Of a stretch of 64,000 bases of DNA, positions 12,796 to 21,684 are shown one piece after another. The first letter of the stretch is position 1. Every line of letters begins with the position of its first letter. Location: contig CABUTO010000006.1 in NCBI GenBank assembly GCA_902494535.1, positions 4,237 to 68,236 on the forward strand, read 5' to 3'. The notes beneath the pieces are model-generated. The model was given only the letters and a program-made list of their open reading frames with translations, was not told where the DNA came from and ran no database searches. Source of the DNA: an uncultured Collinsella sp. (GTDB lineage: Bacteria > Actinomycetota > Coriobacteriia > Coriobacteriales > Coriobacteriaceae). The position numbers and the translations under genes are program-made.

Positions 12796-15627
12796 TTACT
12801 CCCCCAGCAGGGCCTTCTCGGGCGTGATCGGCAGCGAGCGAACCTGGTGTCCGGTGGCGTGCGCCACTGCCGAGGCTACGGCGGCGAGCGGCGTGTTGAT
12901 GACGACCTCGCCGATCGACTTGGCGCCAAACGGGCCCGTCGGCTCGTAACTCGGCTCAAAGGCCACGCGAATGCTGCCGATATCCAGGCGCGTGGGCAGC
13001 TTGTAGCTCATAAAGTTGCCGGTGCGCAGACGGCCGCGGTCATCGTGCTCGACAATCTCGTAGAGCGCATGGCCGATACCCTGGGCAATGCCGCCCTCGG
13101 CCTGAACACGTGCGAGTGCCTCGTTGATCACGGTGCCGCAGTCCACAGCCGCCGCGTAGTCCACCACGGTCACCTTGCCGGTGGCCTTGTCGACCTCGAC
13201 CTCCGCAATGCCGGCCATAAACGGCGGAGGCGAAACGGGCAGGCAGGCAGAGGCATGCGAGGTGAGCGCGTCGCCGCCCGCGATGTTCTTGACACACAGG
13301 TTGGCAAAGTTGCGCAGCGTGAGGTAGCGGTTCTGCTCGCGCGCGGCGCGCTCGTCGGACAGGCGCACGTACTGGCCATCGAAGACCACGTCGGCGGCGT
13401 CCACGTCCCACATCTGGGCGGCCTTGGCGCAGATCTTCTCGCGCAGCTCGGCCGCAGCGTTCTTGGCTGCCAGGCCCGTTACGTACGTGCCCGAACTCGC
13501 GTACGAGCCGGCATCGAACGGCGACACATCGGTGTCCACGCCGCGCACCACGATCAGCGAGCTCTCCACGCCCAGCTCCTCGGCGGCAATCTGCGCCAGG
13601 ATCGTGTCGACGCCCATGCCGTTATCGGTGGCGCCGGTGCCGATGGTAATGAAGCCATCCTCTTCCAGGCGCATGTCGATGCCGGCGATGTCCACGTTGG
13701 AGATGCCCGAGCCCTGCATGGTGAGCGCGCAGCCCAGGGCGCGCACGCGGTCGCCCAGGTCGACGGCCAGCGGCTTATCGCGCCAGCCGATCATGTCCAT
13801 CGCACGCAGCAGGCAGCGGTCGAGCGCGCAGGCGTTGAGCTTCTCGTTGTAGTACTGCGGCATGACCTCGCCCTCGCGCACGATGTTCTTAAGGCGCAGG
13901 TCGGCGGGGTCCATGTGCAGCATGTCGGCGAGCTCGTTGACGGCACTCTCCACGGCAAACTGGCCCTGGGTTGCACCGTAGCCGCGATACGCGCCGCCGC
14001 GGTTGGTGTTGGTGTAGACGGCATCCCAGCTAAAGCGGCTCGCCTTCACATGGTTGTAGATGGGCAGGCTCTTGTGGCCCGAAAGGCCGATCGTCGTGGT
14101 AGCGTGCTCGCCGTACGCGCCGGCGTTGGAAAGCGTGTGCAGATCGATGGCCGTGATGGTGCCGTCGTTCATGGCGCCCAGCTTAACGGTCATCTGCATC
14201 TGGTGGCGCGAGTTGCCCGCGGTGATGGTCTCCTCGCGGGTGTAGCAGCAGTAGCTCGGACGGCCGGTCTGCTGGGTAACGAATGCCACGAAGATCTCGC
14301 AGCAGCCCGTCTGCTTGGAGCCAAAGCCGCCGCCGATGCGCGGCTTAATGACCTGCACCTGCGACTGCGGAATGTCGAGCGACTGCGCGACCATGCGGCG
14401 CACGTGGAAGGGCACCTGCGTAGAGGTGGTCACCGAAATACGCCCGAACGCGTCGGTCGTCGCGAAGGCGCGAAAGGTCTCCATGGGTGCGGTCTGCGTG
14501 GCCTGGCTGGTGTAAGTGCGGGTAAAGACAATGTCGCTCTGGGCGAAGGCCTCGTCCAGGTTGCCAAAATCGCTGGTACCGCTGCACACCAGGTTGCGAG
14601 CAACGTCGCCGCCCTGCGGGAACATAAAGGTCACGTCGCCCTCGGGGTGGACCACGATGTCGTTATCGAGCGCCTTGGTAAAGTCGAGCAGCGGCTCGAG
14701 CACCTCATAGTCAACCTTGATGAGCTTGAGCGCCTTGTCGGCAGCCTCCTCGGTCTCGGCGGCGACGATCGCCACCTCCTCGTTTTGGTAACGGACGAGG
14801 TTCTCGAGAATTAGGCGGTCGTAGGGACTCGGCTGCGGATAGCTCTGGCCAGCGATGGTAAAGCGGCGCTGGGGCACGTCCTCATAGGTGTAGACGCCCA
14901 CGACGCCGGGCACCTTCAGGGCGCGCGACGTATCGATGGAGCGGATATTGGCGCGGGCATACGGGCTGCGCTTGAGTTTGACAATGAGCGCACCGGCGGG
15001 CACCATATCGCCGGTGTAGACGGGACGACCCTCGAGCAGGGCCTTCGAGTCCTTCTTGGGCTGCTTCTTGGTGATCTGCTTGTACGCGACACCGTCGGAG
15101 CTCGTCTCGTTGACGGGCAGCTCGGGCATCTCAAAGCCAACCTGCACGCCAGACTCATTGAGGAAGTGCACGATGGCGCGCAGCTGGCTCTCGTAACCGC
15201 TGCAACGGCAGAGGTTGCCGGCGAGCTGGCGCGAGAGTTCCTCGCGCGTGGCGACGAGGCTCGGGTCCTCCTTGGCGGCGCGGGCAAGCGCCAGCACGTT
15301 CATGATGAGGCCGGGGGCGCAAAAACCGCACTGCTCGGCGCCTTCGGCAGCCATCGCACGGGCGAGCGCCTCGGACTCGGCCTTGAGGCCCTCGAGCGTG
15401 GTGATGGTATGGCCCTCGACGCGAGCGGCGGGAACCGAGCAGCTCAGCACCGGGTCGCCGTCGAGCCACACCGTGCACAGGCCGCAGTTGGTAGTCTCGC
15501 AGGCGCAGCGCACCGACGCGCAGCCCTGCTCGCGCAGCAGCGCAAAGAGCATGGTATCGGGGGCAATCTGAACCTTGACCTTGCGGCCGTTGAGCGTAAA
15601 GGAAAGATCGATGAGTTTGGCAGCCAT
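12796..15627 (-). CDS. Xanthine dehydrogenase-family molybdenum hydroxylase, fused [2Fe-2S] and molybdopterin-binding subunit (XdhD / D. gigas aldehyde oxidoreductase architecture)
   Basis: The N-terminus carries both 2Fe-2S motifs (CACETTNCGLCTV; CGFCAPG...CRCSGY), followed by about 780 aa of the aldehyde oxidase/XDH Mo domain. Confidence 0.85.
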   Translation of the reverse strand: MAAKLIDLSFTLNGRKVKVQIAPDTMLFALLREQGCASVRCACETTNCGLCTVWLDGDPVLSCSVPAARVEGHTITTLEGLKAESEALARAMAAEGAEQCGFCAPGLIMNVLALARAAKEDPSLVATREELSRQLAGNLCRCSGYESQLRAIVHFLNESGVQVGFEMPELPVNETSSDGVAYKQITKKQPKKDSKALLEGRPVYTGDMVPAGALIVKLKRSPYARANIRSIDTSRALKVPGVVGVYTYEDVPQRRFTIAGQSYPQPSPYDRLILENLVRYQNEEVAIVAAETEEAADKALKLIKVDYEVLEPLLDFTKALDNDIVVHPEGDVTFMFPQGGDVARNLVCSGTSDFGNLDEAFAQSDIVFTRTYTSQATQTAPMETFRAFATTDAFGRISVTTSTQVPFHVRRMVAQSLDIPQSQVQVIKPRIGGGFGSKQTGCCEIFVAFVTQQTGRPSYCCYTREETITAGNSRHQMQMTVKLGAMNDGTITAIDLHTLSNAGAYGEHATTTIGLSGHKSLPIYNHVKASRFSWDAVYTNTNRGGAYRGYGATQGQFAVESAVNELADMLHMDPADLRLKNIVREGEVMPQYYNEKLNACALDRCLLRAMDMIGWRDKPLAVDLGDRVRALGCALTMQGSGISNVDIAGIDMRLEEDGFITIGTGATDNGMGVDTILAQIAAEELGVESSLIVVRGVDTDVSPFDAGSYASSGTYVTGLAAKNAAAELREKICAKAAQMWDVDAADVVFDGQYVRLSDERAAREQNRYLTLRNFANLCVKNIAGGDALTSHASACLPVSPPPFMAGIAEVEVDKATGKVTVVDYAAAVDCGTVINEALARVQAEGGIAQGIGHALYEIVEHDDRGRLRTGNFMSYKLPTRLDIGSIRVAFEPSYEPTGPFGAKSIGEVVINTPLAAVASAVAHATGHQVRSLPITPEKALLGE

Positions 15628-16541
15628 TAGCGCACCTCGCTAGAATCGACGCCGGGCACGCGGCGGCAGGAATACTCGTCCGTGGCAAACTTAGGAATCT
15701 GCACGCCCTCGAGCTCGTGCGCAAGCGCGGCCGAAAGCTCGATGCCGGCGGCGCGGCGCACGGCCTGGACGGCAAGCGGGGCCGAGATGCGGCGGCGGTA
15801 GTCGGCCGAGCCCCACAGGTTGGTGCCGTAGCTCAGCGCGCGCACAGATGCGGCCAGGGCGCGAAGCTCGTCCTCGGAAGGCTGCTCGGCAGTAAGGCCG
15901 CATGCCTCGCCCTGCAGCAGGGTCGCACGCAGCGGGCGGGCGCCCACAGTGACATGCCAGCTGTTGTTCCACCAGGCGGCGGTGACGTTTAAGGAGGGGA
16001 AGTCGGTCGCGGCCTTGCGCACGGCCTCATAGCTTGCGCGGTAATCGTGCTTAACGACCACGACATGCTCAATAACGTCGCGCACGTAGCCCATGTCAAC
16101 GAACTCCGCGAGCGGCACGCGGCCGGCGCCCGTCAGCTCAACATAGGAATCGAGCGCGAGGAAGGCGGAGAGAACGTCCGAGAAGCCAAAGCGGCCGTAG
16201 ATGCTGCCGCCCACCGTGGCGGTATTGCGCAGCTGCACGCCCACGATATCGTGGACGGCGAACTCAAAGACGTTGTTGACAAGCGCGTTGAGCTCGACAT
16301 GGCGTTCGAGCTGGCGTAGGGTGCACATGGCGCCGATGCGAAACTCGGTCTCGGTCTCCTCGATCTGATCGAGTCCGCAGGCCGAAAGGTCAATCGCCGT
16401 CGCCACGCGACGCGAACCCAGGCGCATCCAGATGCCGCCGCCCACAATCTTGTTGTTGCGGTTCTTCTGTAAGAGCTCATAGGCTTCGGCCGCGTTTCCA
16501 ACACGGACGTAGGTACCGAACTTGAGCACGTTCTCCCCCAT
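15627..16541 (-). CDS. FAD-binding subunit of a molybdenum hydroxylase (CoxM/XdhB/YgfM-like)
   Basis: FAD_binding_5-like N-terminus (KIVGGGIWMRLG). Its stop overlaps the downstream start (TAATG), which suggests translational coupling. Confidence 0.8.
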   Translation of the reverse strand: MGENVLKFGTYVRVGNAAEAYELLQKNRNNKIVGGGIWMRLGSRRVATAIDLSACGLDQIEETETEFRIGAMCTLRQLERHVELNALVNNVFEFAVHDIVGVQLRNTATVGGSIYGRFGFSDVLSAFLALDSYVELTGAGRVPLAEFVDMGYVRDVIEHVVVVKHDYRASYEAVRKAATDFPSLNVTAAWWNNSWHVTVGARPLRATLLQGEACGLTAEQPSEDELRALAASVRALSYGTNLWGSADYRRRISAPLAVQAVRRAAGIELSAALAHELEGVQIPKFATDEYSCRRVPGVDSSEVR

Positions 16542-16620
16542 CTCTTCACTTGTCCAGTACTTTTAAGTGTACCAAACGAGGGGCCGCACACCGTTTTAGG
16601 ACAAAATCCACCCACCCATA

Positions 16621-16695
16621 CATAACTTGCGGTGATATACGGACTGATTAGCCGTTCTGGGACGCTAAACAGTCCGTATATCACCGCAAGTTATG
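16621..16695 (-). repeat. Palindromic intergenic repeat, family 1, copy 2
   Basis: Perfect 26-bp arms CATAACTTGCGGTGATATACGGACTG / CAGTCCGTATATCACCGCAAGTTATG with a 23-nt loop. Lies downstream of the gdhA terminator. Confidence 0.85.
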
Positions 16696-16712
16696 AGGAG
16701 TCCTCCGGGATA

Positions 16713-16744
16713 GAAAAGGCTCCCAGCCGGAATGGCAGGGAGCC
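16713..16744 (-). terminator. Rho-independent terminator after gdhA
   Basis: On the minus strand: GGCTCCC-loop-GGGAGCC followed by TTTTC. Confidence 0.7.
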
Positions 16745-16771
16745 TCATCACATGCTATTTCGAGCGAAGAT

Positions 16772-18127
16772 TTAGCAGACGCCCTGGGCGAGCATAGCGT
16801 CGGCGACCTTCAGGAAGCCGGCGATGTTTGCGCCCATGACAAAGTTGCCCTCCTGGCCGTACTCCTTGGCGGTGTCGTCCACGTTGTGGAACATGCCGCG
16901 CATGAGCTGCTCGAGCTTGCCGTCGACCTCCTCGAAGGTCCAGGACAGGTGCTCGGCGTTCTGGCTCATCTCCAAGCCGGACACGAGCACGCCACCGGCG
17001 TTGGCAGCCTTACCAGGCATAAAGGCGACGCCGTTCTCCTGGAAGTAGGTCGTGGCCTCGATGGTCGTGGGCATGTTCGCGCCCTCGCCGACCACCTTGC
17101 AGCCGTTGGCGACGAGCGCCTGGGCGTCCTCAAGCAGCAGCGTGTTCTCGCGAGCGCAGGGCAGCGCGATGTCGCAGGGCAGCTGCCACACGCCGCGGCC
17201 GTCGCCCTCGTGCCACACGGCGTTGGGCTTCTCGTCAACGTACATAGCGAGCGTAACGCCCTTGTCGTGGCCAGAGCGCTTCTTATTGTAGATGTGCTCG
17301 AGCACGGTGTAGTCGATGCCGTCGGGATCCTCGACCCAGCCGTGGGTATCGGAGCAGGCGAGCACCTTGCCGCCGAGCTGAGTGACCTTCTGGACCGCGT
17401 AGATAGCGACGTTGCCGGAGCCGTGAACGACGACGTTCTTGCCCTCGAAGGAGTCGCCGCGGCTCTTAAGGTACTCGTCCACAAAGTAGGCCAGACCGTA
17501 ACCGGTGGCCTCGGTACGGGCGAGCGAGCCGCCAAAGGAGAGGCCCTTGCCGGTGAGAACGCCGGTCCACTCGTTGGTCAGGCGCTTGTACTGACCAAAC
17601 AGGTAGGCAACCTCGCGGCCGCCAACGCCCAGGTCGCCGGCGGGAACGTCGGTGTTGGGGCCAATGTGGCGATAGAGCTCGGTCATGAAGGACTGGCAGA
17701 AGTGCATGATCTCGTTGTTGGACTTGCCCTTGGGGTCAAAGTCGGAGCCGCCCTTGCCGCCGCCCATGGGAAGGGTGGTCAGGCTGTTCTTGAGGATCTG
17801 CTCCAGGCCCAGGAACTTGAGCATACCCAGGGTGACCGTCGGGTTAAAGCGCAGGCCGCCCTTGTAGGGTCCAATGGCAGAGTTGAACTCGACGCGGTAA
17901 CCGCGGTTGACCTGAACCTTGCCCTGGTCGTCGACCCAGGGAACACGGAACATGACGATGCGCTCGGGCTCGACGAGGCGCTCAAGCAGGGCGGCCTCCT
18001 CGTACTCGGGATGGGCATCGAGCGCCGGCTGGATGGTGCCGAGAATCTCGGTCGCGGCCTGGATGAACTCAGGCTGCTCGGGATAGCGGGCCTTGAGCTC
18101 TTCGAGAACTTTCTGCGTGTAGCTCAT
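16772..18127 (-). CDS. gdhA: NADP-specific glutamate dehydrogenase
   Basis: Hexameric GDH family with the GGGKGG motif. Start trimmed to MSYTQKVLEEL (ATG at 18127), which has a GGAGGAAG RBS. Confidence 0.95.
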   Translation of the reverse strand: MSYTQKVLEELKARYPEQPEFIQAATEILGTIQPALDAHPEYEEAALLERLVEPERIVMFRVPWVDDQGKVQVNRGYRVEFNSAIGPYKGGLRFNPTVTLGMLKFLGLEQILKNSLTTLPMGGGKGGSDFDPKGKSNNEIMHFCQSFMTELYRHIGPNTDVPAGDLGVGGREVAYLFGQYKRLTNEWTGVLTGKGLSFGGSLARTEATGYGLAYFVDEYLKSRGDSFEGKNVVVHGSGNVAIYAVQKVTQLGGKVLACSDTHGWVEDPDGIDYTVLEHIYNKKRSGHDKGVTLAMYVDEKPNAVWHEGDGRGVWQLPCDIALPCARENTLLLEDAQALVANGCKVVGEGANMPTTIEATTYFQENGVAFMPGKAANAGGVLVSGLEMSQNAEHLSWTFEEVDGKLEQLMRGMFHNVDDTAKEYGQEGNFVMGANIAGFLKVADAMLAQGVC

Positions 18128-18384
18128 GCTTCCTCCAATTGATGGAAAAGAAAAGTGTCGTTCGAGGCGCCCCATGCGCCGCGAGCTTTATCGAGTATGG
18201 ATAATATCGCACTGTTGCAGCAAAGTTTCGCATAAGCCGACGGGCGGATGTTTCGTTTTGATTACGATGCAGGTAGAAGCGTTTTTGAGCACTCGACGTA
18301 CAAATCGCGTGTTTCGAAGCTGTTTCGTCCACGTGTTCCAAACCACCACATTGGGGACAGGCACCTTTGTGGTGGTGTTGGCGA

Positions 18385-18780
18385 TTAGAGGACGAGCTGG
18401 TGGTAGTCGGCGGGGGTTACGCGGCCCTCGGTGGCGGCGCGGAAGGCGGCGAGGGCATCGCCCGAGAACGGCATGGCCCAGCACAGCCCGCAGCCGGCGG
18501 TGATGGAGCCGGGCAGCGGCATGATGCGCCCAGGCACGCCGGCGGCAAGACACAGCTGTTCGCATTCCATCACATCGAAGGTGCTGTCGAACGAAACGAT
18601 GATTTTGCGTTCGCGATCGAGGGCATCACCGGTCGGGCCTTCACGGTGTGCCTCACGATACGCCGCGGCGGCCGCTTCCTCTTCCGCGGTATGTCCACAG
18701 CCACCGCAACCGCAGGTACAGGGTTCGGACCCGTCGCAAGTACAAGGTTCCCCCGTGTCGGGACAAATATCGTGAGACAT
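18385..18780 (-). CDS. Se/S-carrier-like (DUF3343-type) protein with a Cys-rich N-terminal extension
   Basis: The C-terminal half (IIVSFDSTFDVMECEQLC...RIMPLPGSITAGCGLCWAM) matches the DUF3343 pattern and its paralog at 45090..45341. The N-terminus has 7 Cys in the first 28 residues (EPCTC twice). Confidence 0.65.
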   Translation of the reverse strand: MSHDICPDTGEPCTCDGSEPCTCGCGGCGHTAEEEAAAAAYREAHREGPTGDALDRERKIIVSFDSTFDVMECEQLCLAAGVPGRIMPLPGSITAGCGLCWAMPFSGDALAAFRAATEGRVTPADYHQLVL

Positions 18781-18795
18781 CGCAACTCCAATCCT

Positions 18796-19428
18796 CTAGG
18801 CGAGTAACTCGGCCGCCGCAAACTCCTCGGGCGTATTGACGTTCTCGAAGCAGAGCGTCGACCCCGCGGCCTTAACGATCTGCGGCTCATCCATATAACC
18901 GGCCTGAACGCGATTGATCAGGCAGCGAATGCGCTGTCGGTCGCAGGAGAGCAGCTCTTGGGCAACCGGCGCACATGCGGCACGGCGCCAGACGGCACAA
19001 AGCGGCTCAATCCCCCGCTCCTCGCACGGCACGCACACGTCGAGTGCCTCGGCCTCAACACGATTGGCAAGCGCGCCAATGAGTTCCGGCGAGACAAACG
19101 GCATATCGCAGGCAACTATCGCCACGAGAGGCAGCCGAGCCGCAGCCAACGAGCTCGCGATGCCGCGCATTGCGCCCGCCGAGCCTTCAAGGTCCGCCAC
19201 CACACGCGGCACCAGGCCGCCAAACGCGCGCTCCTCAAGATAGGCAAGCTCGCTGGGACGCGACGTCGTCACGACCAACTCGCCGGCAACTGGCGCCAGC
19301 CGACCCAGCACGCGCTCGATGAGCGGCTCACCGCAAAACGCCATGCGCGCCTTATCGCAACCCATGCGCGACGACAACCCGCCCGCCTGGACGACACAAG
19401 AAAGATCGGCCCGTCTTACGGTAGTCAT
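18796..19428 (-). CDS. mobA: Molybdenum cofactor guanylyltransferase
   Basis: VVQAGGLSSRMGCDKA nucleotidyltransferase motif. ORF 18796..19662 trimmed to the ATG at 19428, because the extension runs through the tRNA-Sec gene. Confidence 0.8.
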   Translation of the reverse strand: MTTVRRADLSCVVQAGGLSSRMGCDKARMAFCGEPLIERVLGRLAPVAGELVVTTSRPSELAYLEERAFGGLVPRVVADLEGSAGAMRGIASSLAAARLPLVAIVACDMPFVSPELIGALANRVEAEALDVCVPCEERGIEPLCAVWRRAACAPVAQELLSCDRQRIRCLINRVQAGYMDEPQIVKAAGSTLCFENVNTPEEFAAAELLA

Positions 19429-19583
19429 ACGGCAAACCACCCCCATCGGTATGCTCAAAACCCGGCACACGAAGCCAAATACCGTCGCCGATAAAGCGGG
19501 CGGCACGGCAAACCCGTGCAAAAACAAAACAGCGCCTTTGCGGCACGCAGCAAGACCGCGAGCACAAAAGCGCTGGTAGCGTA

Positions 19584-19680
19584 TGGCGGGAACGTATGTG
19601 AATCGAACACATCCAAGACGTTTTGCACGCCTCGCAACGGTTTTGAGGACCGCGGAGCCCACCGGAGCCCATCCGTTCCC
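19584..19680 (-). tRNA. selC: tRNA-Sec (anticodon UCA)
   Basis: Hand fold of a 97-nt RNA. Acceptor GGGAACG(G)/(A)CGTTCCC plus G-CCA. 6-bp D-stem (GGGCTC/GGGCTC, two G.U pairs) with the 4-nt loop CGGT. Anticodon loop CCUCAAA. 7-bp long variable arm. T-arm ATGTG-TTCGATT-CACAT. Lies directly downstream of selB. Confidence 0.8.
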
Positions 19681-19716
19681 AAGTGCGGCGGTATTTTACC
19701 AAACCGAGCAGCCAAT

Positions 19717-21684
19717 CTAGCGCAGGGAGCGCAGGCCGCCGGCATCCTTGTCGAGCACCGTAAAGCGTACGGCATCCAGGTGCTCCAAGATGCTGATGGC
19801 ACGTTTGCGCGACACGCCCAGAGCCTCACGCAGCACGCTCGTGGTGGCTGCGCCACCGGCATCGGCGATGGCGGCGGCGACGAGCTCGCGCGCATGGGCC
19901 TCGGCGGCGGCAGACAGGGCAACGTCGCGCTCAACCTTAACGATCGAGCGATTGAGCGAAAGCTCGCGCAGGGCACGCGTCATGGTGTCGCGATCGAGCT
20001 GCAGTTGCTCGCCCGCCTCGGGCAACGTCGGCGCATCGAGGCCGGCTTCGTCCAGCAAAGCAACGATACGTTCGCAGGCTTCGCGAACCACGCGTGCCGC
20101 CGCGGCGGCCGAATGCGGATCGAATACCTCGGCGCCCTCCGAGGCACACACACCACGCGAGCAGCCCTCGGCAATCAGAGCCGCGGCAACGCCATCATCA
20201 GCGGCAGGCCACGCAGCATGGGCAACGGCGCCGGGCGTAAAGCCCGTCTCCTTGGGAGACGCCGCATGCATGGCTGACAGGGTCGCCGCCAGCACGTCCA
20301 TGGCGGCATCGAACACGGCAGCATTCACATACAGCCTACAGCCCGAGCCCGCAAGCTCGCGCACAGCACCTCGCGCCACCAACTCGTTCAGCGCGGCATC
20401 GGCCCCACCGGAAACAAGGTCTAGCGCCGCGGCAACGTCGGCAGCCACGACCGGCAACGTCTGCAGCGCCAACCACGCCTCAACACCAGCGACGGCATCG
20501 CCGGCCTCAAGCGCTGCAAGCAGCGTGCGCTCCCCCGTCGAAAGCTCGCGCGAGCGACGGCAGCGCGAAAGCAGCACGCGCCCGCCGCCGATGAGCATAA
20601 CGGGCGAATACGACAGCACCACGGCATGGTCTCCGGCACACAGCGGCAGCGGCTCCTCCAGGCGCACCTGCACGGTACGGGTCTCGCCCACCGCCATGGG
20701 GGCCTCGCCCTCCAAAAGCATGATGCGGCCGATGACCTCGGCCGTGCCGGCCATCACATGCACACGCGCGCCCGACTCGAGCACGCGCGGCTTGGTGCCC
20801 TCGCGGCCCAGGTAGGTGAACGTCATCATAAAGCGCAACGTCTGGCCAAAGCGGTCCGCCACGCCCAGCATCTCGCCACGGTCAAGCGCCGCGACACCGT
20901 CACCAACCAGGTTGAGCGCCACACGCTGACCAGGCAGCGCGCGCGGCGTATCGCCATGCACCTGGATCCCACGCACGCGACAGACCGTACGCGACGGCAA
21001 AGCCATCAACTCGTCGCCCACCGCAACCGGCGCATCGTGCAACGTTCCCGTCACGACAGTGCCGACGCCCTTGATCGTAAAGCAGCGGTCAATCGGCAGA
21101 CGCGGCGCGGCATCAGTGAGCTCGGCACGGGCACGGCAGGCATCCCAGCAAGCGGCAACCTGCTCGTCGAGCACGGCGAGCAGCCTTTCGATCCCCTCGC
21201 CTGTCTTGGACGACACAGGCACGATCGGCGCGTCCGCAAACACGGTACCCGACAAAAAGTCATCGACATCGAGCTCGGCAAGCTCGGTCATCTCGGCATC
21301 GGCAAGGTCGCACATCGTCAGCGCGACCACCATATGCGTAACGCCCAGCAGCTCCAGCACGTGCACGTGCTCGCGCGTCTGCGGCATCACGCCCTCGACG
21401 GCAGAGACCACCAGCACGGCAACGTCGATGCCCGTGGCGCCCTGCACCATAGCGCGCAGGTAATGCGCGTGGCCCGGCACGTCGACCAGGCCGACGATCT
21501 TGCCACTCGGCAGCGCCAACTCGCCAAAGCCCAGCTCCACGGTCATACCGCGACGGCGCTCAACCTCCAGACGATCGGGATTCTTGCCGGTCAGTGCCTC
21601 GATCAATGCCGACTTACCATGGTCAACGTGACCCGCCGTGCCAACGATAACGGGACACTCCACCAGCGCCTGAACCTCACTCAT
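19717..21684 (-). CDS. selB: Selenocysteine-specific elongation factor
   Basis: GTPase motifs AGHVDHGKS and DVPGH, plus a long winged-helix C-terminal extension. ATGA overlap with the selA stop. Confidence 0.95.
   Translation of the reverse strand: MSEVQALVECPVIVGTAGHVDHGKSALIEALTGKNPDRLEVERRRGMTVELGFGELALPSGKIVGLVDVPGHAHYLRAMVQGATGIDVAVLVVSAVEGVMPQTREHVHVLELLGVTHMVVALTMCDLADAEMTELAELDVDDFLSGTVFADAPIVPVSSKTGEGIERLLAVLDEQVAACWDACRARAELTDAAPRLPIDRCFTIKGVGTVVTGTLHDAPVAVGDELMALPSRTVCRVRGIQVHGDTPRALPGQRVALNLVGDGVAALDRGEMLGVADRFGQTLRFMMTFTYLGREGTKPRVLESGARVHVMAGTAEVIGRIMLLEGEAPMAVGETRTVQVRLEEPLPLCAGDHAVVLSYSPVMLIGGGRVLLSRCRRSRELSTGERTLLAALEAGDAVAGVEAWLALQTLPVVAADVAAALDLVSGGADAALNELVARGAVRELAGSGCRLYVNAAVFDAAMDVLAATLSAMHAASPKETGFTPGAVAHAAWPAADDGVAAALIAEGCSRGVCASEGAEVFDPHSAAAAARVVREACERIVALLDEAGLDAPTLPEAGEQLQLDRDTMTRALRELSLNRSIVKVERDVALSAAAEAHARELVAAAIADAGGAATTSVLREALGVSRKRAISILEHLDAVRFTVLDKDAGGLRSLR

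Noticed and set aside
18796-19662. 288-aa form of mobA and the 507-aa form of ORF 47982..49505
   Set aside because: The N-terminal extensions have no RBS and an Arg/Cys-rich junk composition. They run across a tRNA-Sec gene and the 3' end of the upstream Fe-S gene, respectively. Internal ATGs with good RBSs fit the family lengths.
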